Shown one piece after another: positions 35,083 to 44,950 of a DNA stretch of 64,000 nt. The notes under the pieces are model-generated. The model had not been told where the DNA came from. It made no database searches and saw only the letters and a list, made by a program, of their open reading frames with translations. The DNA comes from an uncultured Clostridia bacterium (GTDB lineage: Bacteria; Bacillota; Clostridia; Oscillospirales; Ruminococcaceae). Position 1 is the first letter of the stretch. Every line of letters begins with the position of its first letter. The translations under genes were made by a program, and so were the position numbers. The stretch is from contig CANPZC010000011.1 in the NCBI GenBank assembly GCA_947589355.1, positions 7,129-71,128 of the forward strand, read 5' to 3'.

Positions 35083-35946
35083 TTATATGAACTGTGTGCC
35101 TATGCCCTCGCTGGAGAGCAGCTCTATCAGTATCGAGTGCGGTATTCTGCCGTCGATTATGCAGGTCTTGTGAACGCCGCGCCTTACAGCCTCAACGCAG
35201 CAGTCAATTTTGGGTATCATGCCGCCGCTGATTATGCCCTGCTTTTTAAGATACGGTACTTCGCTCACATTAACTGTAGGTATAAGGGTGTCGGGGTCGT
35301 CCTTATCTCTTAAAAGCCCTGCAATGTCGGTCATAAGTATCAGGTTTTCGGCTCTCAGGCAGGAGGCTATTCTTGCGGCTGCGGTATCGGCGTTTATGTT
35401 ATACGTCTGACCGTCCTCGCTGGTGGCTACCGTAGAGATTATCGGCACATATCCGCCGTTGAGAGCCTCTATTATAGGCTTTGTGGCAACGCTTACTATC
35501 TCTCCCACATATCCTAGGTCATTCTCGCCCTCCAGCTTTTTAGCCATTATCATCTGCCCGTCAACGCCGCACAGACCAAGCGCCTTGCCGCCGTGCAGCT
35601 GCAAATTAGCGACCAGATCTTTGTTCAGCTTTCCTGCAAGCACCATCTGAACTACTTCCATAGTTTCTTTGTCGGTGTATCTGAGACCCCCGATAAATTT
35701 GCTTTCAATGTTCAGTCTGCCCAGCATTGCGTTTATCTCAGGTCCGCCGCCATGCACCAGAACGACCTTTACTCCCACCGCCGTAAGCAGCACTATATCG
35801 GTCATAACGCTTTCTTTCAATTCATCGTTGGTCATAGCGTTTCCGCCGTACTTGATAACTACTACCTTGTTGTTGTACCTCTGTATATGAGGCAGGGCGT
35901 CAATAAGTATACTGCCCCTCGTCACATTGCTGATTTCCATTTTCAT
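35083..35946 (-). CDS. argB: acetylglutamate kinase
   Basis: Motifs VVIKYGGNAM, VLVHGGGPEI and INADTAAA. Confidence 0.95.
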   Translation of the reverse strand: MKMEISNVTRGSILIDALPHIQRYNNKVVVIKYGGNAMTNDELKESVMTDIVLLTAVGVKVVLVHGGGPEINAMLGRLNIESKFIGGLRYTDKETMEVVQMVLAGKLNKDLVANLQLHGGKALGLCGVDGQMIMAKKLEGENDLGYVGEIVSVATKPIIEALNGGYVPIISTVATSEDGQTYNINADTAAARIASCLRAENLILMTDIAGLLRDKDDPDTLIPTVNVSEVPYLKKQGIISGGMIPKIDCCVEAVRRGVHKTCIIDGRIPHSILIELLSSEGIGTQFI

Positions 35947-35973
35947 CTGTCCTTTTTATTTTATTTGCATAGT

Positions 35974-37257
35974 CTATGTTCTGTAATCCCCGTTTATCTT
36001 AACGTAATCGTATGTAAGGTCGCAGCCGTATGCAGTAGCTTTTCCGCTGCCATTACCCACCGAAATGTCAATATATATCTCGTCTTCGGCAAGTATCTGC
36101 GCCGCCTTCTCCTCCGAAAAAGCAAGCTGACTGCCCTTTTCGCACACCATAAGCCTACCTGCCGCCGAGCTTAAATACACATCTACATCTGCAATATCAA
36201 ACTGCGCATCGGCATAGCCCACCGCGCAAAGTATCCTGCCGCAGTTGGCGTCCTCGCCGAACATAGCCGCCTTGAAAAGCGATGAACAAATAACGCTCTT
36301 TGCTATAACGATCGCGCTGTCGTCGCTCTCCGCCCCCGTCACGGTACATTCAAGCAACTTCGTTGCGCCCTCGCCGTCTTTGGCAAGCATTCTTGTAATG
36401 TTCATCATAACTATGTAAAGCGCCTTTTTAAAGACCTCAAAGTCCTCTCCGTCAGCGGCTATCTCATCATTTTCAGCCATGCCGTTCGCCATAACGCACA
36501 CCATATCGTTTGTAGACTGGTCGCCGTCAACAGACAGGCAGTTATACGTTACCTTGACCACTTCAGAAAGAGCCTTTTGCAGCATATCGGCTGAAACAGC
36601 GCAGTCGGTCGTGATAAAATTAAGCGTGGTAGCCATGTTGGGATGTATCATACCGCTGCCCTTGCCCATACCGCCTATGCGGCACACTTTTGAGCCTATG
36701 TAAAACTGCACCGCGACTTCTTTCTTTACCGTATCGGTAGTCATTATCGCTGTCGCAGCCTCCGCGTTGCCGGTATATGAAAGACCCTCTGCAAGTGGTT
36801 TTATCGCGCTTTTTACGGCATCTATGTTAAGCGGCTGACCTATTACCCCCGTTGAGGCAACTATAACTTCCTGCGGCAAAATGCCAAGCGCCTCGGCAGT
36901 AAGGCTGCACATCTGCATAGCCTTTTCAATGCCGTCGGCATTGCCTGTGTTTGCGTTGCCCGAATTTACTATGACTGCTCTCGCCTTACCGCCCGTTTTT
37001 TCAAGATTTGCTTTTGTAACGGTTATAGGCGCGCCCTTTACCTTGTTTTGCGTATACACCGCCGCCGCGCTGCAAACACGGTCGCTGAGCATCATGGCTA
37101 TATCGTTCTTGTGACTTTTAGGCGGCTCGCCCTTGTCAGGCTTTGCGGAATTTTTAATACCGCAATACACGCCGCTTGCCTTAAAGCCCTTTGCTGCGCA
37201 CACACCGCCCTCAACGTAAGTATATCCGTCAAACTGCTTTAGTGTTATCTCTTTCAT
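35974..37257 (-). CDS. argJ: bifunctional ornithine acetyltransferase / N-acetylglutamate synthase
   Basis: It carries ArgJ family motifs, including the autoprocessing site context ATTLNFITTD (self-cleaving Thr). Confidence 0.95.
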   Translation of the reverse strand: MKEITLKQFDGYTYVEGGVCAAKGFKASGVYCGIKNSAKPDKGEPPKSHKNDIAMMLSDRVCSAAAVYTQNKVKGAPITVTKANLEKTGGKARAVIVNSGNANTGNADGIEKAMQMCSLTAEALGILPQEVIVASTGVIGQPLNIDAVKSAIKPLAEGLSYTGNAEAATAIMTTDTVKKEVAVQFYIGSKVCRIGGMGKGSGMIHPNMATTLNFITTDCAVSADMLQKALSEVVKVTYNCLSVDGDQSTNDMVCVMANGMAENDEIAADGEDFEVFKKALYIVMMNITRMLAKDGEGATKLLECTVTGAESDDSAIVIAKSVICSSLFKAAMFGEDANCGRILCAVGYADAQFDIADVDVYLSSAAGRLMVCEKGSQLAFSEEKAAQILAEDEIYIDISVGNGSGKATAYGCDLTYDYVKINGDYRT

Positions 37258-37273
37258 GGTCTTCCTCCATATT

Positions 37274-38254
37274 TTATATAAGCTTTATTTCTATCCCTAC
37301 CGCGCCGTACTTCTTTATCGCCTCGTTGGAATAATATTCGTTCATATCCTGCGGCCTTGCGCTTTTCACATTTGTTTCATCATAGCCGCATTTCAAAAGG
37401 TCAAGCGAAGAATACAGATCTGCAAAATCTTTAAAAATATGCATACCGCACACCTTTGCCGCAAGCTTCTCGCCCGTCTGTATCTGAGTAAACTCTATCT
37501 CATCGCCGACTTTTATTTTCTGCCGCTTTTCGTCATAAAGCCGAAGTTCTATAGTCTTTGCGCCTGTCTTTATCTTTTCAAACGGCTGCGGTGCTAAATT
37601 CATGTAATGGCGTATGTCTGTCCTCACGAACTCACACACTGCATCGCGCATTGCAAGTATCTCACTGTCTATCTCTTCAACCGTCATATGCTTCATTTCG
37701 CCGATGTCGTTATCCCTTATATAGTCGAAATACTCTGACGCTCCGCGAAGTCTGTCAGTTATCATATCGCTGTCAAGATAGTCAAATATATCACATTCAT
37801 AACGCTTTATATTTCTGAGCCTGTTAATGTACTCTCCGCATTCTCCCTGAAAAAGCTTTATCCTCTCGTACATACTGTTTTCGGGTCTAAGCGGATAGTC
37901 TGCGTGCATTTGTTCTTCGGTGTAACCTTCACGGGCGTAAATGCCGCGTATAAAACTGCTCCACATACGGTCGCATAACAGATGAACGAAATATCCCCAC
38001 AAAAAGCTTTCTTCGTCTGCGGCAAGCTGTCTGCCTTTCAGCATTTGCTCGTAAAACTTACAGTGATCGCTGTTTCGCTTATGACCGTCAGCAGCCCAGT
38101 GTGTAACAGAAGAATCGGGAAAATATTTTCCATGACCTACCGCCTTTCCGCTGTCAGGAGCGAGAGTGCCGACTATATAATCATCAATACTTCGTATCGG
38201 CAAACTTCGTTCGCATTTTTCGGCTAAGATGAGATGTATCAGCCATGTTGCCAT
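37274..38254 (-). CDS. hypothetical fusion protein with a C-terminal ASCH domain
   Basis: The C-terminus FEKIKTGAKTIELRLYDEKRQKIKVGDEIEF is ASCH-like. The ~210-aa N-terminal His-rich region is unassigned. Confidence 0.65.
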   Translation of the reverse strand: MATWLIHLILAEKCERSLPIRSIDDYIVGTLAPDSGKAVGHGKYFPDSSVTHWAADGHKRNSDHCKFYEQMLKGRQLAADEESFLWGYFVHLLCDRMWSSFIRGIYAREGYTEEQMHADYPLRPENSMYERIKLFQGECGEYINRLRNIKRYECDIFDYLDSDMITDRLRGASEYFDYIRDNDIGEMKHMTVEEIDSEILAMRDAVCEFVRTDIRHYMNLAPQPFEKIKTGAKTIELRLYDEKRQKIKVGDEIEFTQIQTGEKLAAKVCGMHIFKDFADLYSSLDLLKCGYDETNVKSARPQDMNEYYSNEAIKKYGAVGIEIKLI

Positions 38255-38263
38255 AGTTTTCTC

Positions 38264-38845
38264 CTATTCTATGTAAGGCTTGTGCATCACAAGCTCCACC
38301 TGCGCGCCAAGAAGCGTTTCGCCCTCAAAGTCCAGCCTTATTACAAACGGCATAAAATTGACTATCTTCTTAAATTCTTCAAACCCGAACTGCGGATAAT
38401 AATAGTTCAGTATCGTGCTTAGCGCAGTGCCGTGCGTGCCGATAACGATATTTTCACCGCCGTGCTCTTTCATCAGCTTTTTCAGCGCGCGTATATTTCT
38501 TTCCTGCGCCTCGCCAAGGCTCTCACCGTTTTCTATACGATAGTCAAAATCTTCCCATTGCTTTTTTGCAAAGTCGAAAAAACCGTTCTCGAACCATTTT
38601 CCGCTGGTGCGCTCTCTGAGATCCTCATAGGTGACTATCGGCAGCCCGAGCGTGTCGGCAAGGTCTTTCACCGTGTCGCAGCTTCTTCTATACGGTGACG
38701 AAGCTATATAAGTTATATTTCTGTCTTTAAGCACCCATGTTACCGCCTTTGAGTCGCGCCGCCCTATGTCGCTTAGCGGTCTTTCTCTGCTTGCGTGTAC
38801 GCTGTTGTCAGACTGCGCATGGCGCACCAAATACACCTGTGTCAT
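38264..38845 (-). CDS. histidine phosphatase (phosphoglycerate mutase) family protein
   Basis: It has an RHG-type N-terminus (VYLVRHAQSD) and the downstream motif GTHGTAL. Confidence 0.85.
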   Translation of the reverse strand: MTQVYLVRHAQSDNSVHASRERPLSDIGRRDSKAVTWVLKDRNITYIASSPYRRSCDTVKDLADTLGLPIVTYEDLRERTSGKWFENGFFDFAKKQWEDFDYRIENGESLGEAQERNIRALKKLMKEHGGENIVIGTHGTALSTILNYYYPQFGFEEFKKIVNFMPFVIRLDFEGETLLGAQVELVMHKPYIE

Positions 38846-38854
38846 ATTCTCTCC

Positions 38855-40294
38855 TTATATAATGCCGTATTTTCGCTTCAAATTCAATATCCTGCGCACG
38901 CTCTCGTCAAGCCTTTCCTGCGTTATCTCGCCGCTTTTCACGGCGCTTAGCACCGCGTTGTAAGCAACGCCTATATCTTCCGGCATAAGCAGTATGTCTG
39001 CGCCTGCCTTGACCGCAAGTACCGAGCTTTTCGCATCGCCGTACTGCTTTCTCAGCGCCTCCATTTCAAGCGAATCCGTTATCACAACACCGTCAAAGCC
39101 CATTTCACCGCGCAGCTTGCCTGTTACAAGTTCATACGAAAGCGATGCAGGCAACCCGTCAGAAGTCACATTCGGAACGTTTATATGCGCGGTCATCACC
39201 ATGTCTGCGCCTGCGTTTATACCGCCTGCAAACGGCAGCATCTCGCACCCTTTCAGCTTCTCCCACGTTTTGTATACGGTAACGCTCTGCTTGTGGGTAT
39301 CCTCCGTAGTGTCGCCGTGACCGGGAAAATGTTTCAAGCAACATATCATGCCCTTGCTGTGAAAGCCTTTTACCGCGCTTGCCACCATTTGCGCAACTTT
39401 TGTGGGGTCGCTGCCGAAAGCCCTGTCACCTATAACGACATTCTGAGGATTGGTGTTCACATCTGCAACGGGCGCTAAGTCTACATTAAACCCATAAGTT
39501 TTAAGATACTCGCCTATCGTTTCTCCTACATTATAAGCCTGCGACGTATCACCCGTATTGCCTACAGAGAGCATACTTGCAAACTTTTTCACCGCAAAAC
39601 CTGCGCAGTTTGCAATTCTTGCCACTCTGCCGCCTTCCTCGTCAACAGCTATGAACAGCGGTATTTCACCAGCCGACTGCAAACCGTTTATAAAGCTTTT
39701 TATCTGCGACGGAGACTGAATATTCTGCCCGAACATACACACGCCGCCAACATGATATTTGCTTATGCCGTTTTTGTCGCCGCTGTCGCACTGCAAGGCA
39801 GAGCCGCCCAGTTTTTCGGGTCTTACCACAAAAAGCTGACCCACCTTTTCTTCGATCGTCATGCCCTGTAATATTTCTTCCACCGTCTTTTGCGAAAGGT
39901 CATTTTGCGGCTTTGGCGTTGTTGCTGATGTTGTAGTCGTTGTAGTTTTCGGCGGCGCGGTGGTCTGAGGTTTTGGGGTAGTTACAACGGGTGCTGTCGT
40001 GGTCTGCGTGCTTGGCGCAGCTGTAGTAGTTGCAGCCGCAGTAGTAGTGGTCGTTGTAGTTGTTGTGCTCTGCGTGGTTGTCTGCGAAGTAGTTTCAGCA
40101 GCAGTATTTTCTGCAATGCTTGTAATGCTTGTTTCAGTCTGCGTTGTTGTGATCTGCGTTGTTGTCTCCGATGTCGTCACATAAGCGGTGTCGCCGCTGC
40201 TGTCAGTGTTTGAGCAGCCGCACAGCATAACAAATGCCGTTATCGCCGCCGCAACAGCCAACCTTTTCTTTTTCATTTTCTTTCTCTCTTTCAA
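38855..40294 (-). CDS. glycoside hydrolase family 3 N-terminal domain lipoprotein (NagZ-like beta-N-acetylhexosaminidase)
   Basis: It has a lipobox-like signal ...VMLCGCSN, a Thr-rich linker, the motif KHFPGHGDT and a GH3 core. Confidence 0.85.
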   Translation of the reverse strand: MKERKKMKKKRLAVAAAITAFVMLCGCSNTDSSGDTAYVTTSETTTQITTTQTETSITSIAENTAAETTSQTTTQSTTTTTTTTTAAATTTAAPSTQTTTAPVVTTPKPQTTAPPKTTTTTTSATTPKPQNDLSQKTVEEILQGMTIEEKVGQLFVVRPEKLGGSALQCDSGDKNGISKYHVGGVCMFGQNIQSPSQIKSFINGLQSAGEIPLFIAVDEEGGRVARIANCAGFAVKKFASMLSVGNTGDTSQAYNVGETIGEYLKTYGFNVDLAPVADVNTNPQNVVIGDRAFGSDPTKVAQMVASAVKGFHSKGMICCLKHFPGHGDTTEDTHKQSVTVYKTWEKLKGCEMLPFAGGINAGADMVMTAHINVPNVTSDGLPASLSYELVTGKLRGEMGFDGVVITDSLEMEALRKQYGDAKSSVLAVKAGADILLMPEDIGVAYNAVLSAVKSGEITQERLDESVRRILNLKRKYGII

Positions 40295-40303
40295 CGATAA
40301 AAC

Positions 40304-41248
40304 TTACAGTCCTGTCGCCTCGTCAAGACCGAGCATTATATTCATGTTCTGAACGGCTGCTCCGCTTGCTCCTTTTCCCAGATTGTCAAGCCGTGAGGCG
40401 ATAAGTATCCTGTCATCATTTCCAAAGACAAATATCTGCATATCGTTGCTGCCCTCCAGCGTGTTTGCAGGCAGAAAACCATCGGGTAGCGTATCGCCGC
40501 CGCCAAGTTCCATGACCTTTACAAACCGCTGACCGTCATAATGTTCTTTGAGTATCTTATGTATATCCTTTGGCGTATACTTTTTCGGCAGAGTTCTCGC
40601 TATCAGCGGAACGCTCACCACCATGCCTGCGTAAAAATCGTCAACTATCGGGTTGAACATAGGCGGATATCCCAGACCACATATTTTCTGCATTTCGGGT
40701 AAGTGCTTGTGCGACTGCGTTAAAGCGTACTGGCGCGGAGAGCACATCTCTTTTGTCTTGCCGCCGCCCTCTATTGCCGCTATCATCTTCTTGCCGCCGC
40801 CGCTGTAGCCCGAAACCGCGTGCGATATAACGGGGTAGTCTTTCGGCAGCACGCCTGCCTGCACTAAGGGGTACACAATGCTTATAAACCCGCTGGCATA
40901 GCAGCCGGGGTTTGCGACCCTTTTCGCTGATCTTATCCTATCCCTGTGCGCCTTTGAAAGCTCGGGGAAACCGTATGCCCAGTCGTCATTTGTTCTGTGC
41001 GCGGTAGATGCATCTATAATTCTTGTACTATCGTTTTCTATGAGCGTTACAGCTTCAACAGCCGCCGCATCAGGCAAACACAAAAACGTTATGTCCGACT
41101 CGTTTATAAGCCTTTTCCTCTCGTTTACGTCCTTGCGCTTATCCTCGTCTATCAGCAGTATCTCAAGGTCATCTCTCTTTGCGAACCTCTCATATATCTG
41201 AAGTCCCGTAGTACCCTCTTTGCCGTCTATAAAAATTTTCGTCTTCAT
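40304..41248 (-). CDS. argC: N-acetyl-gamma-glutamyl-phosphate reductase (short type)
   Basis: The active-site context is ANPGCYASG. Length is 314 aa. There is a 4-nt overlap with argH. Confidence 0.9.
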   Translation of the reverse strand: MKTKIFIDGKEGTTGLQIYERFAKRDDLEILLIDEDKRKDVNERKRLINESDITFLCLPDAAAVEAVTLIENDSTRIIDASTAHRTNDDWAYGFPELSKAHRDRIRSAKRVANPGCYASGFISIVYPLVQAGVLPKDYPVISHAVSGYSGGGKKMIAAIEGGGKTKEMCSPRQYALTQSHKHLPEMQKICGLGYPPMFNPIVDDFYAGMVVSVPLIARTLPKKYTPKDIHKILKEHYDGQRFVKVMELGGGDTLPDGFLPANTLEGSNDMQIFVFGNDDRILIASRLDNLGKGASGAAVQNMNIMLGLDEATGL

Positions 41249-42624
41249 TTTTGCAATTTCCTCTTAACGTATTCTATCTGCTCTTTAACGCACTCCGGCG
41301 CAGGGCCGCCTTTTGCCTTTCTCTGCATAACGCAGCTATCAAGGTTTATGGCATCGTATACGCCCTCGTCAAACTTGTCGCACAGAGCCTTATATTCCTC
41401 TATCGGCAGCGTTTCAAGCGTTACGCCTTTTTCTATACACTTTGCGACCAGCGTGCCCGTTATTTTATATGCGTCTCTGAAAGGCATACCCTTTTTCACA
41501 AGATAGTCGGCGCAGTCGGTAGCGTTTATAAAGCCCCTCGCCGCAGCGTTTCTCATATTTTCGGGGATAACTTTCATGGTATCGAGCATGGGTATAAATG
41601 TTTTCAGGCACAGTTTTACTGTATCAATAGCATCGAATATCGCAGGCTTATCCTCCTGCATATCCTTGTTGTATGCAAGCGGCGTGCCTTTCATCATCGT
41701 AAGAAGTGTGTTCAAGTCGCCGTAAACGCGCGCTGTTTTACCTCTTATAAGTTCGGTAACATCGGGGTTTTTCTTCTGCGGCATTATTGAAGAACCTGTT
41801 GCGAATGCATCATCAAGCTCTATGAATTTAAACTCCCACGAGCACCACAGAATTATCTCCTCCGAAAAGCGCGAAAGGTGCATCATCAGTATTGAAAGCG
41901 CGCTTGCAAGCTCTATGCAGAAATCCCTGTCCGAAACGCCGTCAAGTGAGTTTTGCGATACTTCGTCAAAACCGAGAAGCTCACACACCCTCTCCCTGTT
42001 TATCGGGTATGTGGTAGAAGCCAGCGCACCGCTGCCCAGCGGCAGGACGTTCATGCGTTTGTATGTATCTTCAAGTCTACCCTTGTCGCGCAGAAGCATT
42101 TGCGCATACGCCATTACATGGTGTGCAAAAGTTATCGGCTGAGCCCTCTGCATATGCGTATAACCGGGCATGATAGTTGTCAGGTTATCTTCCGCAAGCT
42201 TTACTATGGTATTTATAAGCTGCTCTATATACGATAAAATTTCATTTATCTCATCTCGCAGATACATTCTTATATCCAGCGCGACCTGATCGTTTCTGCT
42301 GCGCGCGGTATGCAGTCTTTTGCCGGTATCGCCAAGGCGCTTTGTAAGCTCTGCTTCAACGAACATATGGATATCTTCGGCATTTGGGTCTATATGAAGT
42401 TTTCCGCTGTCAATATCTGAGAGTATGCCTTTTAGCCCCTCAACTATAGCCAGGCTTTCTTTCATGTCGATTATACCGCACTCGCCGAGCATGGTGGCAT
42501 GAGCAACAGAGCCCTGAATATCCTGCCTGTACATTCTCGCATCGAACGAAACAGACGAATTGAAATCGTTCACCCTGTCGTCTACCTGTTTGGAAAACCT
42601 GCCTGCCCACATCATATCTGCCAT
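41245..42624 (-). CDS. argH: argininosuccinate lyase
   Basis: It has the fumarate-lyase signature GSSIMPQKKNPD plus WGGRF-type N-terminus WAGRFSK. Confidence 0.95.
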   Translation of the reverse strand: MADMMWAGRFSKQVDDRVNDFNSSVSFDARMYRQDIQGSVAHATMLGECGIIDMKESLAIVEGLKGILSDIDSGKLHIDPNAEDIHMFVEAELTKRLGDTGKRLHTARSRNDQVALDIRMYLRDEINEILSYIEQLINTIVKLAEDNLTTIMPGYTHMQRAQPITFAHHVMAYAQMLLRDKGRLEDTYKRMNVLPLGSGALASTTYPINRERVCELLGFDEVSQNSLDGVSDRDFCIELASALSILMMHLSRFSEEIILWCSWEFKFIELDDAFATGSSIMPQKKNPDVTELIRGKTARVYGDLNTLLTMMKGTPLAYNKDMQEDKPAIFDAIDTVKLCLKTFIPMLDTMKVIPENMRNAAARGFINATDCADYLVKKGMPFRDAYKITGTLVAKCIEKGVTLETLPIEEYKALCDKFDEGVYDAINLDSCVMQRKAKGGPAPECVKEQIEYVKRKLQK

Positions 42625-42724
42625 AGTATTTCTCCGTTCCGTACTTTATTTTGCACATAAATAACTTATGGGCAAAGCGGAAACATCACGCTCCGCTCTG
42701 CCCCTTGATATTTCCAAAAGCAGT

Positions 42725-43165
42725 TTACTTGCCCTCGGTCTCCTTGAGGTGCTGCTCTATAAGCTTTGAGATATCTATGCCGTTGATCTTCAGACCGTCA
42801 ATAATGCAGTCGTTTATCTCAACGTTGGTAAGGTCGCAGTAAGCAAACGTAGCGCCGCGCATAACGGGGTTTTTGAACTCTACATTGTTCATAACGCTGC
42901 ATCCGAATCTTGTGCCCGTCATATTAACGCCGAGAAATCTTGTGTTCGCCATATAAATGTCGGTGATGTCCGCGCCGCTCATGTTTATGTTGTTGAGCTT
43001 TACGTTCTCCATGTTTACGTCGTCAAATACTGCGCCTTTAAGGTTTACGTTGCTGAATTTTGTATCGCCGAGGTTTACGTCCTCAAACGAAGAGTTAGGC
43101 AGGCTGTCGTATGATATAGCCACCTTTTTGTCCAGTTCGTGCTCATACTTTATGTTGTCGACCAT
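42725..43165 (-). CDS. pentapeptide-repeat protein
   Basis: It has tandem A(D/N)LxX-type pentapeptides (VNLGDTKFSNVNLKGAVFDDVNMENVKLNNINMSGADITD...). The start is MVDNIKY, with AAGGAGGA upstream. Confidence 0.8.
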   Translation of the reverse strand: MVDNIKYEHELDKKVAISYDSLPNSSFEDVNLGDTKFSNVNLKGAVFDDVNMENVKLNNINMSGADITDIYMANTRFLGVNMTGTRFGCSVMNNVEFKNPVMRGATFAYCDLTNVEINDCIIDGLKINGIDISKLIEQHLKETEGK

Positions 43166-43211
43166 TGTGATTTCCTCCTTATAAAATATATCGTTTATAT
43201 CGCTGCGGCTA

Positions 43212-44447
43212 TTACTTATTGCCGTTTTTCCTCTGCTGTTCAAGTTTAGCGCGTACCTTTATAGGCAGACCGAACAGATTGATAAATCCTGCGCTGTCTT
43301 TCTGGTCGTAAACTTCGTCTGCCGAGAAAGTAGCCACCTGTTCGTCATAAAGCGTATAAGGCGAGGTAACGCCTGCGTTTATTATGTTGCCCTTGTAAAG
43401 TTTGAGTCTTACGTCGCCCGTAACGGTTTTCTGCGTTTCGGTAACAAATGCCGACATTGCCTCTCTCAGCGGCGTATACCACTGACCGTTATAAACTATA
43501 TCGGCAAATTTGATCGAAAGATACTGCTTTACCCTTGCGGTCTCTTTATCAAGCGTTATGGTCTCCAGCACCTCATGCGCGTGGTAGAGTATCGCGCCGC
43601 CCGGAGTTTCATAAACGCCCCTTGACTTCATTCCCACAAGGCGGTTCTCAACAAGATCTGCAAGACCTATGCCGTTTTCGCCGCCAAGTTTGTTGAGGGT
43701 GCTAACAATTCCCGTACCGTTCATCTGAACGCCGTCAATAGCGGTAGGCACGCCCTTTTCAAAGTGTATGGTAACGTAAGTCGGCTTGTCTGGCGCCTGA
43801 ATGGGTGACACGCCCATTTCAAGGAATCCCTCTTTTTCATACTGCGGCTCGTTTGCAGGGTCTTCAAGGTCAAGACCCTCGTGTGAGAGGTGCCATATGT
43901 TCTTATCCTTTGAATAGTTTGTTTCCCTGTTTATTTTAAGAGGTATATTGTGCGCCTCGGCGTAGTCTATCTCCTCATCTCTCGATTTCAGATCCCATAT
44001 CCTCCACGGTGCAATTATCTGCATATCGGGTGCGAAAGCCTTTATAGCCAGCTCAAAACGAACCTGGTCGTTGCCCTTGCCGGTGCAGCCGTGGCAGATA
44101 GCATCAGCGCCCTCTTTCAGAGCTATTTCGGCAATTCTCTTTGCGATTATCGGTCTTGCGAACGATGTGCCGAGCATATATCTGTTTTCATAGATAGCAC
44201 CTGCCTGCACTGTCGGGAAAACATAATCGTTTATAAATTCCTCCGTCAGGTCTTCTATATACAGCTTTGAAGCGCCCGTTTTGAGAGCTTTTTCCTCCAG
44301 ACCGTCAAGCTCGGTTCCCTGACCTACATTTCCCGAAACCGCAATTACCTCGCAGTTGTTGTAATTTTCTTTCAGCCACGGGATTATAATTGACGTGTCA
44401 AGTCCTCCCGAATAAGCCAGCACAACTTTTTTGATCTCTTTTGCCAT
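43212..44447 (-). CDS. argG: argininosuccinate synthase
   Basis: Motifs AYSGGLDTS and [13 protein letters not shown]. Confidence 0.95.
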   Translation of the reverse strand: MAKEIKKVVLAYSGGLDTSIIIPWLKENYNNCEVIAVSGNVGQGTELDGLEEKALKTGASKLYIEDLTEEFINDYVFPTVQAGAIYENRYMLGTSFARPIIAKRIAEIALKEGADAICHGCTGKGNDQVRFELAIKAFAPDMQIIAPWRIWDLKSRDEEIDYAEAHNIPLKINRETNYSKDKNIWHLSHEGLDLEDPANEPQYEKEGFLEMGVSPIQAPDKPTYVTIHFEKGVPTAIDGVQMNGTGIVSTLNKLGGENGIGLADLVENRLVGMKSRGVYETPGGAILYHAHEVLETITLDKETARVKQYLSIKFADIVYNGQWYTPLREAMSAFVTETQKTVTGDVRLKLYKGNIINAGVTSPYTLYDEQVATFSADEVYDQKDSAGFINLFGLPIKVRAKLEQQRKNGNK

Positions 44448-44488
44448 AGCAAATACCCCTTTTCAACAATTGATAATATGTTATTATG

Positions 44489-44517
44489 ATTATACATCAT
44501 TTCCGCCCGATATGCAA
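44489..44517 (-). promoter_or_regulatory. SigA-type promoter for argG
   Basis: On the minus strand: TTGCAT, 17 nt, TATAAT. It lies about 40 nt upstream of the argG ATG. Confidence 0.55.
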
Positions 44518-44615
44518 GTGCTTATGCATAATTTCAGCTAATTATACATAATGCAGTTTATATTTTACAGGCTTTATACAACAAATCACAATTTTATGCA
44601 TTTGTAAAATGTATA
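44511..44615. promoter_or_regulatory. candidate ArgR/AhrC operator region (A/T-rich TATGCA-containing palindromes)
   Basis: TATGCAagtgctTATGCATAATT-tcagct-AATTATACATAA lies at 44511-44551. TATGCATTT-gta-AAATGTATA lies at 44595-44615. The first overlaps the -35 box. The fit to the TGAAT-N4-ATTCA ARG box is only approximate. Confidence 0.3.
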
Positions 44616-44623
44616 TTCATACA

Positions 44624-44930
44624 CGATATAATATAACAAACCGGAATTTATCTACTGTGCCTGTTTTCTTTTGGGGAAAACCTTTCTGAAGAAAGGCTTT
44701 CCCCATACCCCTTTCCAAAGACTTTTCCATTGTTTTTGGCGAGGGGTAATTTATTTTTATAATCTGCTATATACCGTAAATCCTAAGTATATTATACAGT
44801 ATAATTACCCCTCGCCAAAAATATAGAAGTTTTAGTGAGGGGGCTTGGGGGAAGACCCTTTTTCAAAAGGGTCTCCCCCAATAGCAGAGCAGATATAGTA
44901 AACAAATTTCCGATTTATTATATTATATCA
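44624..44930. repeat. ~307-bp nested palindromic non-coding element (MITE-like)
   Basis: The outer imperfect inverted repeat is 44624-44660 against 44885-44930. Hairpin A is 44673-44704. The central perfect 19-bp inverted repeat tttttggcgaggggtaatt (44733-44751) pairs with 44803-44821. Hairpin B is 44847-44879. Confidence 0.75.
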
Positions 44931-44950
44931 TATTGAATGCACATTTTCAA

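Noticed and set aside
39900-40190. ACN/GTN-rich DNA repeat that could look like a satellite
   Set aside because: It is the coding sequence of the Thr-rich linker (TTTQ/TTTA runs) of the GH3 lipoprotein. The ORF is continuous.
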